From the human T2T-CHM13v2.0 reference genome, Homo sapiens: a DNA stretch of 64,000 bases. The position numbers were made by a program, and so were the translations under genes. Positions 52,170-64,000 of this stretch are shown one piece after another. Position 1 is the first letter of the stretch. Each line of letters opens with the position of its first letter. The stretch lies in NCBI RefSeq assembly GCF_009914755.1, contig NC_060928.1, one strand, 5' to 3'. A model generated the notes under the pieces. The model searched no databases, was not told where the DNA came from, and saw nothing but the letters and a program-made list of their open reading frames with translations.

Positions 52170-55100
52170 TAACTGTAGGCTCACGTGCAGTTGTAAGAAA
52201 TTAGGCTGTGTATATCCTTTATCCAGTTTCCTTCAATACATCTTGGAAAACTGTAGTATAATATTACAGCCAGAATAATGACATTGATACAGTCAAGATG
52301 AGAATAATTCCACACTACAGGGATGCCTAATGGTACCCTGTTATAGCCATGCCCACTTCCCTTCCTGCCCCTACCACCTCCTTAGCCCTGGTCAACCACT
52401 AATCTGTACTCTATTTCTATAATATTGTAATTTCAAGAATGCTCTGTTTATCAAAATTCTATCTTTAGCAAAAAAATAATAAATCTAGCAAAAAATGTTA
52501 TCTTTTGGGATTGGCTTTTTTCACTCAGCATACTTCTCTGGGGATTGAGTAAGACGTTTTTGTGTGCTAATAATCCATTCCTTTGTACTGCTGAGTTGTA
52601 ACTAATAATACCCATGTATCACTGTTTGTTTATTAACTTTTCACCCCTTGAAGGACATCTTTCCATTTTTTAGCTGTTACAAAGAAAGCTGTATAAACAT
52701 CTGTGTACAGGTATTTTGAGGGAACATAAGTTTTTGTTTTGGGTAGGATAAATGCCCGTGAATGAAATTCTTGGAATATGTGGTAGTTGTATGATTAGTT
52801 TCTTAAAGAAAATGAAAATCACTTTTACTAAGTGGCTGCACCATTTTACATTCCAAGTAGCAAAGTGTGAGTGATAAATTTATCTGCATCATTGTTTGAG
52901 GTTGTTTGTATTTTTTATTTTAGACCTTCTTGTTTCTTCAAAAGTGTTTAGTCATTTTAGTTATTTAGACTTTCCGTATAAATTTTAAAATAAACTCGAA
53001 TATTTATTTTAAAAAATTCCTGAGATTGTGATAAAAATGGTGTTAAATCTCTACATCATTTTTGGAAAATTGACATTTTTGCTATGTTGAGCCTTCTAAT
53101 CCAATAACATTACATATGTATATATATATATTCATAATTTATTTAGTTTTTAATTTCATTCTTCAGTGTTGTGTAGTTGACAACATTTAATTACTCTATG
53201 TGTTTTGTCACACAAGTATTTTATTTTTGAATCACTGTAAATGATATATGTTGACCTCGATGCCCATGGGTTCATTGCTAATATATATAAAAATAACAGA
53301 TTTTTGTATGTTCATCTTGTCTTTTGTGAACTTGTTGAACTCTCTTACTACTCCAAGGAGTTTTTTTTATAGAATCCTTTTCACTATCTTGTCATCAGCA
53401 AATAGGGGCGATTTTATTTCTACCTTTCCTATATTTATGTCTTTCATTTCTTTATTTGCCTGACTCCCAGGATAGACTTCCAGCACTGTATTGAATAAGA
53501 ACGGAAGAAAGAATTTGTTCTTTCTTACATAGGAGTAACCTCTCAAACTTTCATCATTGTAAATATGTTAGCTGTAGGTTTTTAAAGATTTCCCCTATCA
53601 AATTGAGGAATTTCTCCTCTATTTGTATTTTTCTAAGAGTTTTTTGATAGTAGGTGTTTACCTTTTTCTGCACAAGTTGATCTAATAATGAAATTTTTCT
53701 TCTTTATACCATTAATATGATAAATTATATTGATTAATTTTTGAATACTGAAAGTCTTGCAACTCTGGAATAAACTCAGTTGGTCATGATGTATTCCTCT
53801 TTTTACATATTTTAAAATTTTAATTACTGATGTTTTGCTAAGAATTTTTTCATCTGTATACATAAAATAACTATCGGTCTATAGATTCTTATTTTGTGCT
53901 ATATTTGGTTTGGTATGAGAGTAATACTAATTTCATAAAATAAAGTGAGAAGAGTTTCTTTATTTTTTTTATTTTCTAGAAGAGAACATGGAGTCTTAGT
54001 TCTTGTTTAGGCATTCATCCAGTGAAACCAAGTAGCTCTGGAGATGCTGGAAGGATAGGGGAATGGAAGTTAGATTTTTTAAGTCACAAATTGAATTTTC
54101 TTAATAGTTATCGTATATTTAAAATTAAAATATTGGGTGACACATAGTAGTTTGTGTTTATTTTAGGGATCAATCTACATGTATAGAGTTGTTCATAGTA
54201 TTTTTTCATTATGCATTTTCTATCTCACAGGTCTGTAATATTATCTCATTTCATTTCTGATTTGGTAATTTCTCATCTTCTCTCTCTCATTTAATTTGTT
54301 AGAGCCTTAAGAGATTTATTAATGTTTCCAAAGAACCAGCTCTTTGGTTCATTGATTTTCTCTTATATCTGTTTTTAATTTCATTAATTTCTTCTCTTAT
54401 TTTCATTATTTTCCTTGCTTTGAGTTTATTTACTCCACTTTTTCTAGGTTATTGATGTAAAAACTAAAATTTTTGATTTTAGACAGTTAATGTTTTATAA
54501 TGCAGACTATTAATTTTCTTATCACCATTGATTTACCTGCATCCTAATATTTTTGATATATTGTATTTTTGCTTCTATATAATTAAAGGTATTTTTCATT
54601 TTCCTCAAAATTTCTTCTTTATGAATTGTTAGAGTGTTGCTTAGTTTCCAAGTGTTTGGAGATTTTCCTGTTATGTTTCTGTTACTGATTTTCAGTTTTA
54701 TTCCACTGTGGTCAGAGAACATACTATGTATGATTTCAGCTATTGTAATTTGCTGAGGTTTGTTTTATGACCCAAAATTGGCTCTGTCTTGGTATTTACT
54801 CTAGAGGCACTTAAGAGGAATATTTATTATGCTGTTGTTGAGTGGAATGTTTTATGAATGTTGAGTAGATCCTGTTAGTTGATGGTCTTAAGATGTATAT
54901 TCTTGCAGGTTTTCTGTCTATACATTGTTGAGAGAGGGGTGTTAAAGTCTCCAAATATAATTATGAATTTTTCTATTCCTACTTTCATTTATTTTAGTTT
55001 TTGCTTCATATATTTCTAGCTATGTATTTGATATATATAGGTTTAGGATTGCTTGGTCTTCTTGGAAGAGTCATTCATTTATAATTGTATAATGCCCTCT

Positions 55101-57495
55101 TTGTTTCTGGCAGTTTTCTTTGCTCTAACGTGTACTTAGTAGCCAATACTCATTTCATTTGGTTAGTATTGCATAGTAAACTTTTTTCATTTTTTTTTTA
55201 CTTTCAACTTGTCTATACTGTTATATTTGAAGTGAGTTTCAGTTTCTGGTTGACAGAAGGTAGTTGAGGCATATTTTTTAATCCACTTTGTGAATCTTCA
55301 TCTTTTATTTGCTGCATTTACATATTTATGTTTAATAAAATTATTGATATATGAGGGTTTAATCATTCCATTTGAATTTTGGATTTCAGTTTGCCTCTTT
55401 GCTTTTTAATTTTTTCTTATTTTATTATTTTGTGCAAAGTTTAGAAACCTTACTTCCTTTACATTCCTTTGCCTTCCCTTATTTAAAACTGTCAAATACA
55501 TTTAGAATCATGTCACTGTTAAAATTTGTTTCCATCAACAAATATAATTCAGAAAATTCAAGAGGAGGGAATCTACTGTCTTTACTCTTTGTTTTTGCTT
55601 ATTGTGTACTTTACTGATGTTCCAGGATTCCTTCTTTTCTCATTTCCTTTCTGCTTAGAGAATTTCACTTAGCTATTATTTTAGGTTATATCTGTTGGCA
55701 ACAAATTATTTTAATTTTCCTTCATCTTAGAGGGTCTTGATTTTACTTTCATTCTTGAAGTTTATTTTCACTGGCTATAGGATTTTAGCCAACAATTACT
55801 TTCTTTAAAATGCTACTTCATTTCATTTTGGTCTCTAGCCTTTAAAAGAGAAATCCACTATCATTTTAATTGTTTTTTCCCATAGAAGTAGGATGTCATG
55901 TCTGTCTTGCTCCTTTCAAGTTTTTCTGTGCCTTTAGTTGCCAGAAGTGTCATTATAATGTGACTTGAATTGGATTTCTTTGTGTTTATCTTGTTTGTGT
56001 TTCACTTAGCTTATTTAATCTTTAGATTGATATCTTTTGCCAAATTTTCAGTCATTATTTCTTTGAACTTTTTTTCAGTCCCGTCCTTATTTTCTTATCT
56101 TTCTGGAACCATGATGACACAAATGTCATTCTTTTGTTATAGTCTTACAGATCTCTGAAAACATGTTTTTTTTTTAAATCTGTTTCCTCTTTGTTATTCA
56201 GATTGAATGAATTTCTGTTGTTTTATCTACCAGTTCATTGATTTTCTCTTTTATCCTCCCAATTTTGCTCTGAGCCTATTAATTGAGTTTTTAAAATTTA
56301 GGTATTATATTTTTCAGTTCTAAAATTTGTGTTTGGTTCTCCCATATCATTACTAAGAAAATCTTTTCTTCTGCTGAGACTTTGTTTTCTATTTATTTCA
56401 AACGTTTATAAATTGCTTATGTTAGCACTCTTATAGTGGCTACTTCAAAACCTTTAAAGCTAATGATATTATCCCTCTACTCTTAGTGTTGCATCTATTT
56501 ATTATCTTTCTTTATTCCATATGAGATTTTTCTGATTCTTCTATGACAATTAATTGTTTATTGAGATTTAGATATTTACAATGCATATTATAAGACCCTG
56601 GATCGTATTTAAACCTTCTTTTTTAACTGGCTTCCTTTGAACTCTTGTAGTAGAAGCTGATTTTTTATTTTGCTTCTTTTGACACCCAATGAGGGAGAAC
56701 CATCATTACTCCTGAGTAATGGCAGTTCTCCTTCATAGGCCTCCAATGATACCTGACTGGAAGGAAAGGAATGCCTTGTTACTGTTCCCCATGTGTCCTC
56801 CAGTGACAGAACAAGAGAGGAGTTTAGTCACCTGTCAACCACCGGTCTATGTATAATTCCTTACTATTCACTAGGATAGATATTATATCACCCTAGTGAA
56901 GGTGGCAGTATCTCACTACTGAAGGTTAAGAGTGGAAGTCCAGGCTCTTTGTCTGGTCTCCACTGAAATGTGAAGAGGTGGCCTCATTAATATCTGGTGG
57001 AATGAAAGTCCAGGCTCCCTACTCTGCCATCTCTAATGCCACTCCAAGGGGAGAGTTGCAGTACTTTGTTACTGCTTAGCAAGCATTGAAGTCTGAGTCC
57101 CCGTTCAGCCTTTGCTGACATGAGTGGGTTTTGACCCACAAAATTTTCTGTGGTATCTGTCTGGAATAGAGAGGTTATTCTCTAAAAGATTTTTTGTATT
57201 GCTAGACTTCCGTTTTCATGGTCCTTTGACTGTAAAGAGCAAGATTTGAAGGAGGTTTTTGTCAGCTCCAATTGGTGTTGACAGATTCCAGACTTGGAGC
57301 TGAAGAAACTGGCAAACAGATAGGTGAGACAACCTATTGACTGTGTTGTTCCTTGGGTCTCTAGCTGATCTGTTTTCTTCTTCTCATTCAGAATCTTCTT
57401 ATGTTTGGTTTATATATGATGTCTAGAGTCATTTGTTTTATTTGGAGGGTGACATACAGAAATCATGTACATCCAATGATCCTAGAAGGGGAAAT
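52170..57495 (-). mobile_element. L1MC-type element, long, with internal deletions (3'UTR to 5' region)
   Basis: L1MC 3'UTR 'gacattgatacagtcaagat'. Remnants SDHSGIKLKIS...NTWKLSNTL (54522-54722) and IHHDQ...FSIQKLINIIYHIN (53633-53863). Repeated 'aagtccaggctc' units in the 5' region. Confidence 0.85.
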
Positions 57496-58062
57496 ACTGT
57501 CCTAATGTTTTTACATAAATATCTATTAGGGCAAGAGGTTTTTTTGAATGGTATTACATCTCCTTAGACATTCATTACAATAAGAAAGTAGATCCTTGCT
57601 TCTTTGGTTTTTTGAATGAGCCTAATTTCTAGCCTTCACAATATTAAATTAACTCATGTTGAGTTAGCCCCTCCAGCTCTTTATTTTCAGTTCAGAGATG
57701 ACCTAAATACCTAATGGCCAATGGTTCTAGACTATACTATATTTTATCAGTTCTAATATGTCATAGATTGTAAGATAATTGTAACAAGAGTTAAGTGGGA
57801 ATGAGTTATATATCAACTTAATGATATATTGCAATTGCAGTAATAACATAATTGAGAGGATTGTCTAATTCAGTATAAAGGTAAAGAAATATGTGATATT
57901 TCTTTTCAAGTTTTCAATTCCTGACACTCATGTAGGGTACTCCTAAAATCAACAAGTAAACAAAACCCAGCAATGTAGAGCAACATACGTATTTGTGATA
58001 TACCAGTATGTAATAGTTAAAACCATGAACCCAAAGAATATTTCATTAAAAATGCTTAAATT

Positions 58063-58319
58063 TTTGGGAGGCCGAGGCAGGCGGATCACGAGGTCAGGAG
58101 ATTGAGACCATTCTAGCGAACACGGTGAAATCTCATCTCTAATAAAAATACAAAAAATTAGCCGGGCATGGTGGAACACGCCTGTAGTCCCTGCTACTCA
58201 GGAGGCTGAGGCAGGAGAATCACTTAAACCCATGAGGTGACCGTGAGCCAAGATCACGCCACTGCACTCTAGCCCGGGCAACAGAGTGAGACTCTGTCTC
58301 AAAAAAAAAAAAAAAAAAA
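58063..58319 (+). mobile_element. 5'-truncated AluY/Sc-like element with a small right-arm deletion
   Basis: Starts at 'tttgggaggccgagg'; contains 'ggatcacgaggtcaggagattgagacc'; poly-A tail. Confidence 0.93.
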
Positions 58320-59363
58320 GCTAAACTTTTAATGATGAATAAAATGAAAGAAATTAATTGAAAAGCTAAATATGTTACTATATGTCTTCTCTTCTTACTT
58401 CCCCACAATTTTCTGCTTCTCAGTCTTATGTCAATATATCTTTAAAGTTATATATTAGTAAAGTGTTTAAGTATGGCTGAAGATATACAGTATATCTATT
58501 TTATATGATCTAGATTCACAATGAACTATGATAAGAATTTAAAAATATAGATTTCTATAACCAAATAGCTAATCTTGGTGAAACAGTGTGAAAGGTATCC
58601 AGCCTAGTATCTGGAAACTTTTGGAGATCTTGCAGATTTGGCTTCCCAGAAAAGTCAAGGTGAAGCCATGTAGCCTAGATTTAGCCAATTAAGATCTCTT
58701 TCCAGAAGTTTTGAATTTTAAACGTAATGAATCAAGGGTAGAAGAAAACATTAGATTTTTTAATACTAGTACTAGAACCCTAATAATTTGTAGTTTTTGT
58801 TCCAGGTAACTATCAAGAGTTCTGTATTTTTCTTCTTTCTACATCAGACTTGATTACCACATTTGCTACAGAAAAAAAAATCCTAATTAATATTTGTAAA
58901 AACTTAAGTTAAACTGTAGATATTTAGAAAAATACTTAAATTGTGAAAAATTACTTAACACATTAGCACATAGTGACTCTATTAAGTGATAGCAGCAATA
59001 AAATAATTATTGCTTATTTTCCCTGTCATCAATACAAGCAAAATCTTATGATTATTATTTTTATAACAAATAAAGTAATTATAGCGTAAGTAAATGATTC
59101 TGAATATACAGCAGTAGAAATTAGAAAACTAAGGTCAGTGAAAGAGAGAACTTGCTCAGGGGGTAGCACTGCTCCCTGTGTATGTACTGCTTTTAGCAAC
59201 TGTTAGTAAAAATGCAGATCTGGTAAAGTTTACATAAGGGATGTATGCAATGGATGTCACCTTGCTGAAGTAAAATTTTTAGTAAGTTTCTCAATTCAAA
59301 ATGCAATTATTTTCCAGAAAAATTCAAATATGAAAAATTACATATACAAATTGTATTCAGTTA

Positions 59364-59513
59364 CTCTTTCTCCATTTCTCTCTCTCTCTCCTCTTCCTTC
59401 TTTCCTTCCTTCCTTTCTTCCCTCCTTCCTTCCTTTCCCCCTCTCTCCCTTCCTCCCTCTCTCCCTCTCTCCCTCTCTCTCTCTTTCTCTCTTTCTTTCT
59501 TTTTCTTTCTTTT
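59364..59513 (+). repeat. Polypyrimidine compound microsatellite (CT/CCTT/CTTT)
   Basis: Directly visible. Confidence 0.95.
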
Positions 59514-59663
59514 GTCTAATGGAAAAATAGATGAAATAGTTTTGATCATTCAAATTAATTCAGAATCCCTAATCTTGTTTCTATTAGTCTTTCTTTGAAA
59601 ATTATGACATTTGTGCTTTTGGAATTATATAACATTAAAGCTAGTGTGATTTCTTTCAGGGTC

Positions 59664-59944
59664 TGTTACCTGTCATGTGATGCTATACTAGAGTCAGGTT
59701 GGAATTTGTCATCTTATTGCTACACAGAGTCTGTTTTGTCAGTCTTAAGATCTCTGTTTTAATGTTAATGCTGGTAGTTGAGGTTGAATTCCAAAGGCAG
59801 TAGAGTATAATGTGGCACGTTAGAACCCCTTTTCCAATCATGGCCTAAACTTGTTTTTCAGGTTAACTTTGGAATGTCCTTGGCTAAGAGGAGGGGTCTA
59901 TTCAGTCAGTTGGGGAATCTTAGAATTTTATTTTTGATTTATAC
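59664..59944 (-). mobile_element. MER4-family ERV1 LTR fragment
   Basis: Right end is the antisense of the MER4 start ('cagtcagttgggg..cttagaattttatttttg.tttat'). Also 'gtttttcaggttaactttggaatg'. Confidence 0.85.
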
Positions 59945-61526
59945 TGTCCAAGGCACACTTCTGTCACAGATTCCTCCCAGAAAAATGAAGGAGTTATTGT
60001 CACATCTGTTTGTCAGTTAGGAAAGAGAGGAAGGCATGGTAAACCACAGGGTGGCCATGATACAAAATAGGCTTCCTGAAGCTGTGCATCAGATGGAGAA
60101 GGAGAACACATGAACACACACTGTATGGAGAATACCTGGACACCAAGGCATGAAACCAAAGCAATGCATGGAGTGATATTACTGTCTTGTGAAGATCAAA
60201 TGAATCTTGAAATCTAGACCTGCTTCCTCAACATTCACATCAGTTACAGAGTATAAGCCTTGGAAACTGAGAAGCTATGTCATAAACTCTTGTATCAAAA
60301 TAACAAGTGTCTGACTTGATATTACTTTTTGACATTCAAGCTTCATAGCTAGAAATATTTTTCTTTTTCATTGTCACCATGAAGAAAGTTAACATCTCTG
60401 CTAGGTAGCTTAATCACCTGTTCAAAAATAAATGTTTCTTAGTTCCTAAAATATGGCTTTCATCTCATAAATGACTTGTGAATAGTTTACCAAAATGTTG
60501 GAATAACACGTAGTAAATCTCCAAGGCTCTGCATTTTGTTTCTAGTACACTTGCGAAAATTATATTAGAAGTAATAACTGACTTTCTGCACAGGAAAACC
60601 TTGGTCTTGGCACACACACATGGATCATATTCTCATGCTTTGAACTTTGATTTCAAAGAGAATTTTATGAGTAGAGGAGATTTGGAGATCTTATTTTTGA
60701 TGCAATGTCTATATTCCCAGTGTTGATGATGTCTATGTATAATTAATGCACATCCTTCACTGATTTGAATAATGATGAAATGTTTTAACATTTCTAGGAT
60801 TAGGACAAAATATAACTGGGTAAACTAAATGTCAAAGTGTCAATATCATCATTTTAGCTCTATTATCTTCATATTTGCAGAACTTAATTTCACTGCTAAC
60901 CCATTTAAGATTTTCCTTTAGTAGTGGTCACGTGTGCATCTGAGACATAGTTGTTTTCTCAAAAAAATACTGGAGAGAGAAGCCAATGTTTAGTGAATGC
61001 AGACAAAAGCAACATAATGGCCTCAGTTTTCCATAAGACATTGGTTCTGGAAATGCTGTCAATGGATTTAAAATAGGGAGTGCATTACAAATGTCATTAG
61101 TCAGGCTTATTCCCTACCTTTCAAAAGCCCTCCTGTACTATTACCTTTGAGGAAAATGGATGGAGTCATTTCTCTTTGAAATTCTTACTTGACCCATGGC
61201 AGAGTTTTCTCTTCTAAAATTCTTTCTCTTTCATCTTACCAACTCTTTTTACCTTTGAACCTACATTGGCTGCATTGTGTGAAAGTCTACAAACATCATT
61301 TACCCTCTATAATAACGGTGTTTCCACTGCAGTGCTGAACTCAGGGATGAGATGATTTGAGCACAGATACGATTCCTGTGTATGTACCATCATTTAATTT
61401 CAAGTACCACCACTAAAACATAAAATGTTTTTGTATGTATAAATACATCCAAGCTCATTATAATGTAAAGAACACATATTAAAGGGACAATGTTATATAA
61501 TATCACAACCACTAGAAGAAAAAAAG

Positions 61527-61840
61527 GGACACAGTGGCTCACCCTTGTAAACCCAGCACTCTGGGAGGCTGAGATGGGAGGACACTTTGAGCCCAGGGGT
61601 TTGAGGTCAGTCTGGGCCACAAAGGGAGATTCTGTCTCTACAAAAAAAAAAATCAAAAAATTAGCCAGGCATAATGGTATGCACCTGTCATCTCAGCTAC
61701 TTAGGAGGCTGAGGTGAGAGGATTGCTTGAACCTGGGAGGTCAAGGCAGCCACGAGCTGTGATTGCACCACTGCACTTCAGCCTGGGTGACAGAACAAGA
61801 CTTAGCTAAAAACAAACAAACAAACAAACAAACAAAAAAA
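61527..61840 (+). mobile_element. AluJ with (CAAA)n tail
   Basis: J-type 'ttgagcccagg' and 'gaggattgcttgaacctgggaggtcaagg'; diverged dimer. Confidence 0.93.
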
Positions 61841-62035
61841 CTGGTGGACTATCAGTGTTGAGGAGAAGATTGAGTACAGTGAACTCTGCTTTACTACTTT
61901 CTTTTGGAAGTGTAATTGGCAAAACCACATTGTAGAAGGAGTGGTAATTATCTTGTAGTTAAACCTGTGAACAACCTAGGATCCAACTGCACTCTTAGAC
62001 TATGCACTAGAGGAATTATTTAAAATGTGCATTTA

Positions 62036-62329
62036 GGCCAGGCGCGGTGACTCACACCTGTAATCCTAGCACTCTGGGAGGCAGAGGTGGGCGGATCACG
62101 AGGTCAGGAGATCTTGACCATCCTGGCTAACACGGTGAAACCCCGTTTCTACTAAAAAATACAAAAAAATTAGCCAGGTGTGGTGGCGGGCACCTGTAGT
62201 CCCAGCTACTTGGGAGGCTGAGGCAGGAGAATGGCGGGAACCCAGAGGCGGAGCTTGCAGTGATGCCAGATCGTGCCACTGCACTCCAGCCTGGGTGACA
62301 GAGCAAGTCTCCGTCTAAAAAAAAAAAAA
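62036..62329 (+). mobile_element. AluY
   Basis: 'accatcctggctaacacggtg', 'gagaatggcg' and 'gcggagcttgcag'. Perfect TSD aaaatgtgcattta at 62022-62035 and 62326-62339. Confidence 0.97.
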
Positions 62330-62972
62330 TGTGCATTTATAATAATGCTCAAAGATTTTTTTAGCAATGTTTTTTAAAAAATCATGAGGTTTCAATCAGG
62401 ATATGCACATCACTCCAGTTACTTTAACAGAGAGAATTAAATATAAAAATTATTAACTATATATAATTTTGTAAACTAGATTGATACCTATCAAGGCAGA
62501 AAGAGAATATAAAGTTTTCACAAAGGAAGAAACTGCAGGAAGCAGCTAACATCTTTAGGACTAAAGAGTACAAAATGGAAGAGATGGAACGTATTAATAT
62601 CAACATATTAGGGTGGAGGCCCTGCATACCCAACATGTAGCTGAACCCTCTGAAGGAGGGCTTGGCTTGTTTCTAAACCTCTCAGGAGGAGGCATCAGTT
62701 ATCTGGTGCTGGTGTCTTTGAAGGGACAGAATAAGGCTAGTTTTTTGGAGTTTGGGTAAAAGCAGATCTAACTACTGCGGTGGGAAGGAATTTCCATTGC
62801 TGAGTACAAGATACTTGGTAAGATGATGCTGAAAGGAAGCTCAAGTAAGCAACAGAAAACTAATAGGAAAAAGCAAGTCTATTCTCCCTCCTCTAATTTG
62901 TAGTTGCCTTATAACAACTCATATTAATTGAATCTAACTGAAGTCAGCTGGCAAAGAAAAATGTGCAGTTCA

Positions 62973-63215
62973 GCCGAGGCAGGTGGATCACCTGAGGTTG
63001 GGAGTTCAATACCAGCCTGACCAACATGGAGAAACTTCGTCTGTACTAAAGACACAAAATTAGCCAGGTGTGGTGGTGCATGCCTGTAATCCCAGCTACT
63101 ATGGAGGCTGAGGCAGGAGAATCACTTGAACCTGGGAGTCAGAAGTTGCGGTGAGCCGATATCACGTCATTGCACTCTAGCCTGGGCAAAAAGAGTGAAA
63201 CACCATCAAAAAAAA
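62973..63215 (+). mobile_element. 5'-truncated AluSp-like element
   Basis: Sp diagnostic 'cagcctgaccaacatggagaaac'; tail expanded into a purine microsatellite. Confidence 0.9.
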
Positions 63216-63396
63216 GAAAGAAAGAAAGATAAAGAAAAGAAAGAAAGAAGAAAGAGAGAGAGAGGGAGGGAGGGAAGAAGGAAGGGAGGAAGGAAGGAAG
63301 GAAGGAAGGAAGGAAGGAAGGAAGGAAGGAATGAAGGAAGGAAGGAAGGAAAGAGAGAGAAAGAAAAAGAAAGAAAAGAAAAGAAAAGAAGGAAAG
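63216..63396 (+). repeat. Polypurine compound microsatellite including (GGAA)11 TGAA (GGAA)4
   Basis: Counted directly at 63288-63351. Confidence 0.96.
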
Positions 63397-63519
63397 TTCA
63401 GTCCCAGAATCACAAAGCCAAGCAAGGAATAGAATTATAGGTTTGGAGCACAGGTTTAATACCCTGATAATGCGCAGACTGGAAATAACCCAAAATATCC
63501 ACTATTTTGTAAAAGGCTT

Positions 63520-64000
63520 TGAGAAACAAACTCACCCATCCAAACCCAAAGAATGGATTCACAGACATGGAGGAAAGTAGAAGTAAGACTTTTAATGACA
63601 GTCTTGCAAGATAGGGTGTCTGATGTGAAGTCACATCCAGCACAATTACAACAAGCAATTTATCCCCTAGTTTACAGGTCCTTCCCCTAGTTCTTCATAG
63701 GCTGAGTACTGTGGGGTCACAATCTTCCCATACGTCACCTATTGGTTGTTAGGTAGGGGCTTTCGCGTGTCATCTTTAGGGTTGTCTCACTGCATTTTGT
63801 TGAAACCCACAATGCATTGCAATTATAATCAACTTAGGGGCTTTTCAAGTATTTTTGACTTATGACCTAGGTAGTCAGGCAAGCTGGTAAGAGGAGATAA
63901 AGTGAGCTATTTTGCAGGCTAGTAAAGTTTTATTTCAGGCTAAACTTTTTTGGTTTGGGTGAGGGCAACTAAGGGGGGCCCCCAATAAGCAGGTGCCAGC
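63520..64000 (-). mobile_element. ERV1-class LTR (family uncertain), running to the window edge
   Basis: TG terminus 'tgagaaacaaactcaccc'. Minus-strand ATTAAA (~63590), TATA-like GATAAAT (~63660) and CCAAT (~63741) occur in LTR order. Confidence 0.7.

Noticed and set aside
59330-63440. K/E/R/G-rich and S/L/P/F-rich ORFs
   Set aside because: They are translations of purine/pyrimidine microsatellites.

Overview
This is AT-rich primate (human-like) nuclear DNA, not prokaryotic. Much of it is decayed transposable elements: Alu (J/S/Y), L1 (L1PA/PB/MA/MB/MC/ME), L2, MIR, MaLR/ERVL/ERV1 LTRs, one ERVL internal fossil (integrase and dUTPase) and a MER33 DNA transposon. I see no intact protein-coding gene, tRNA, rRNA, CRISPR array or CpG island. 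The listed ORFs are chance ORFs or L1/Alu/ERVL remnants. Subfamily names come from recalled consensus motifs and are approximate, as are most repeat boundaries. I found no convincing new biological system. The most unusual structure is a cluster at about 44.9-46.4 kb: a ~170-bp-arm inverted repeat with a near-perfect inner core (77/78), a short templated duplication inside an LTR, and minus-strand splice signals. Also notable are a 46-bp-arm hairpin in an old L1, two twin-priming L1 inversions, a candidate 56-nt minus-strand exon and an interrupted GGAA microsatellite.
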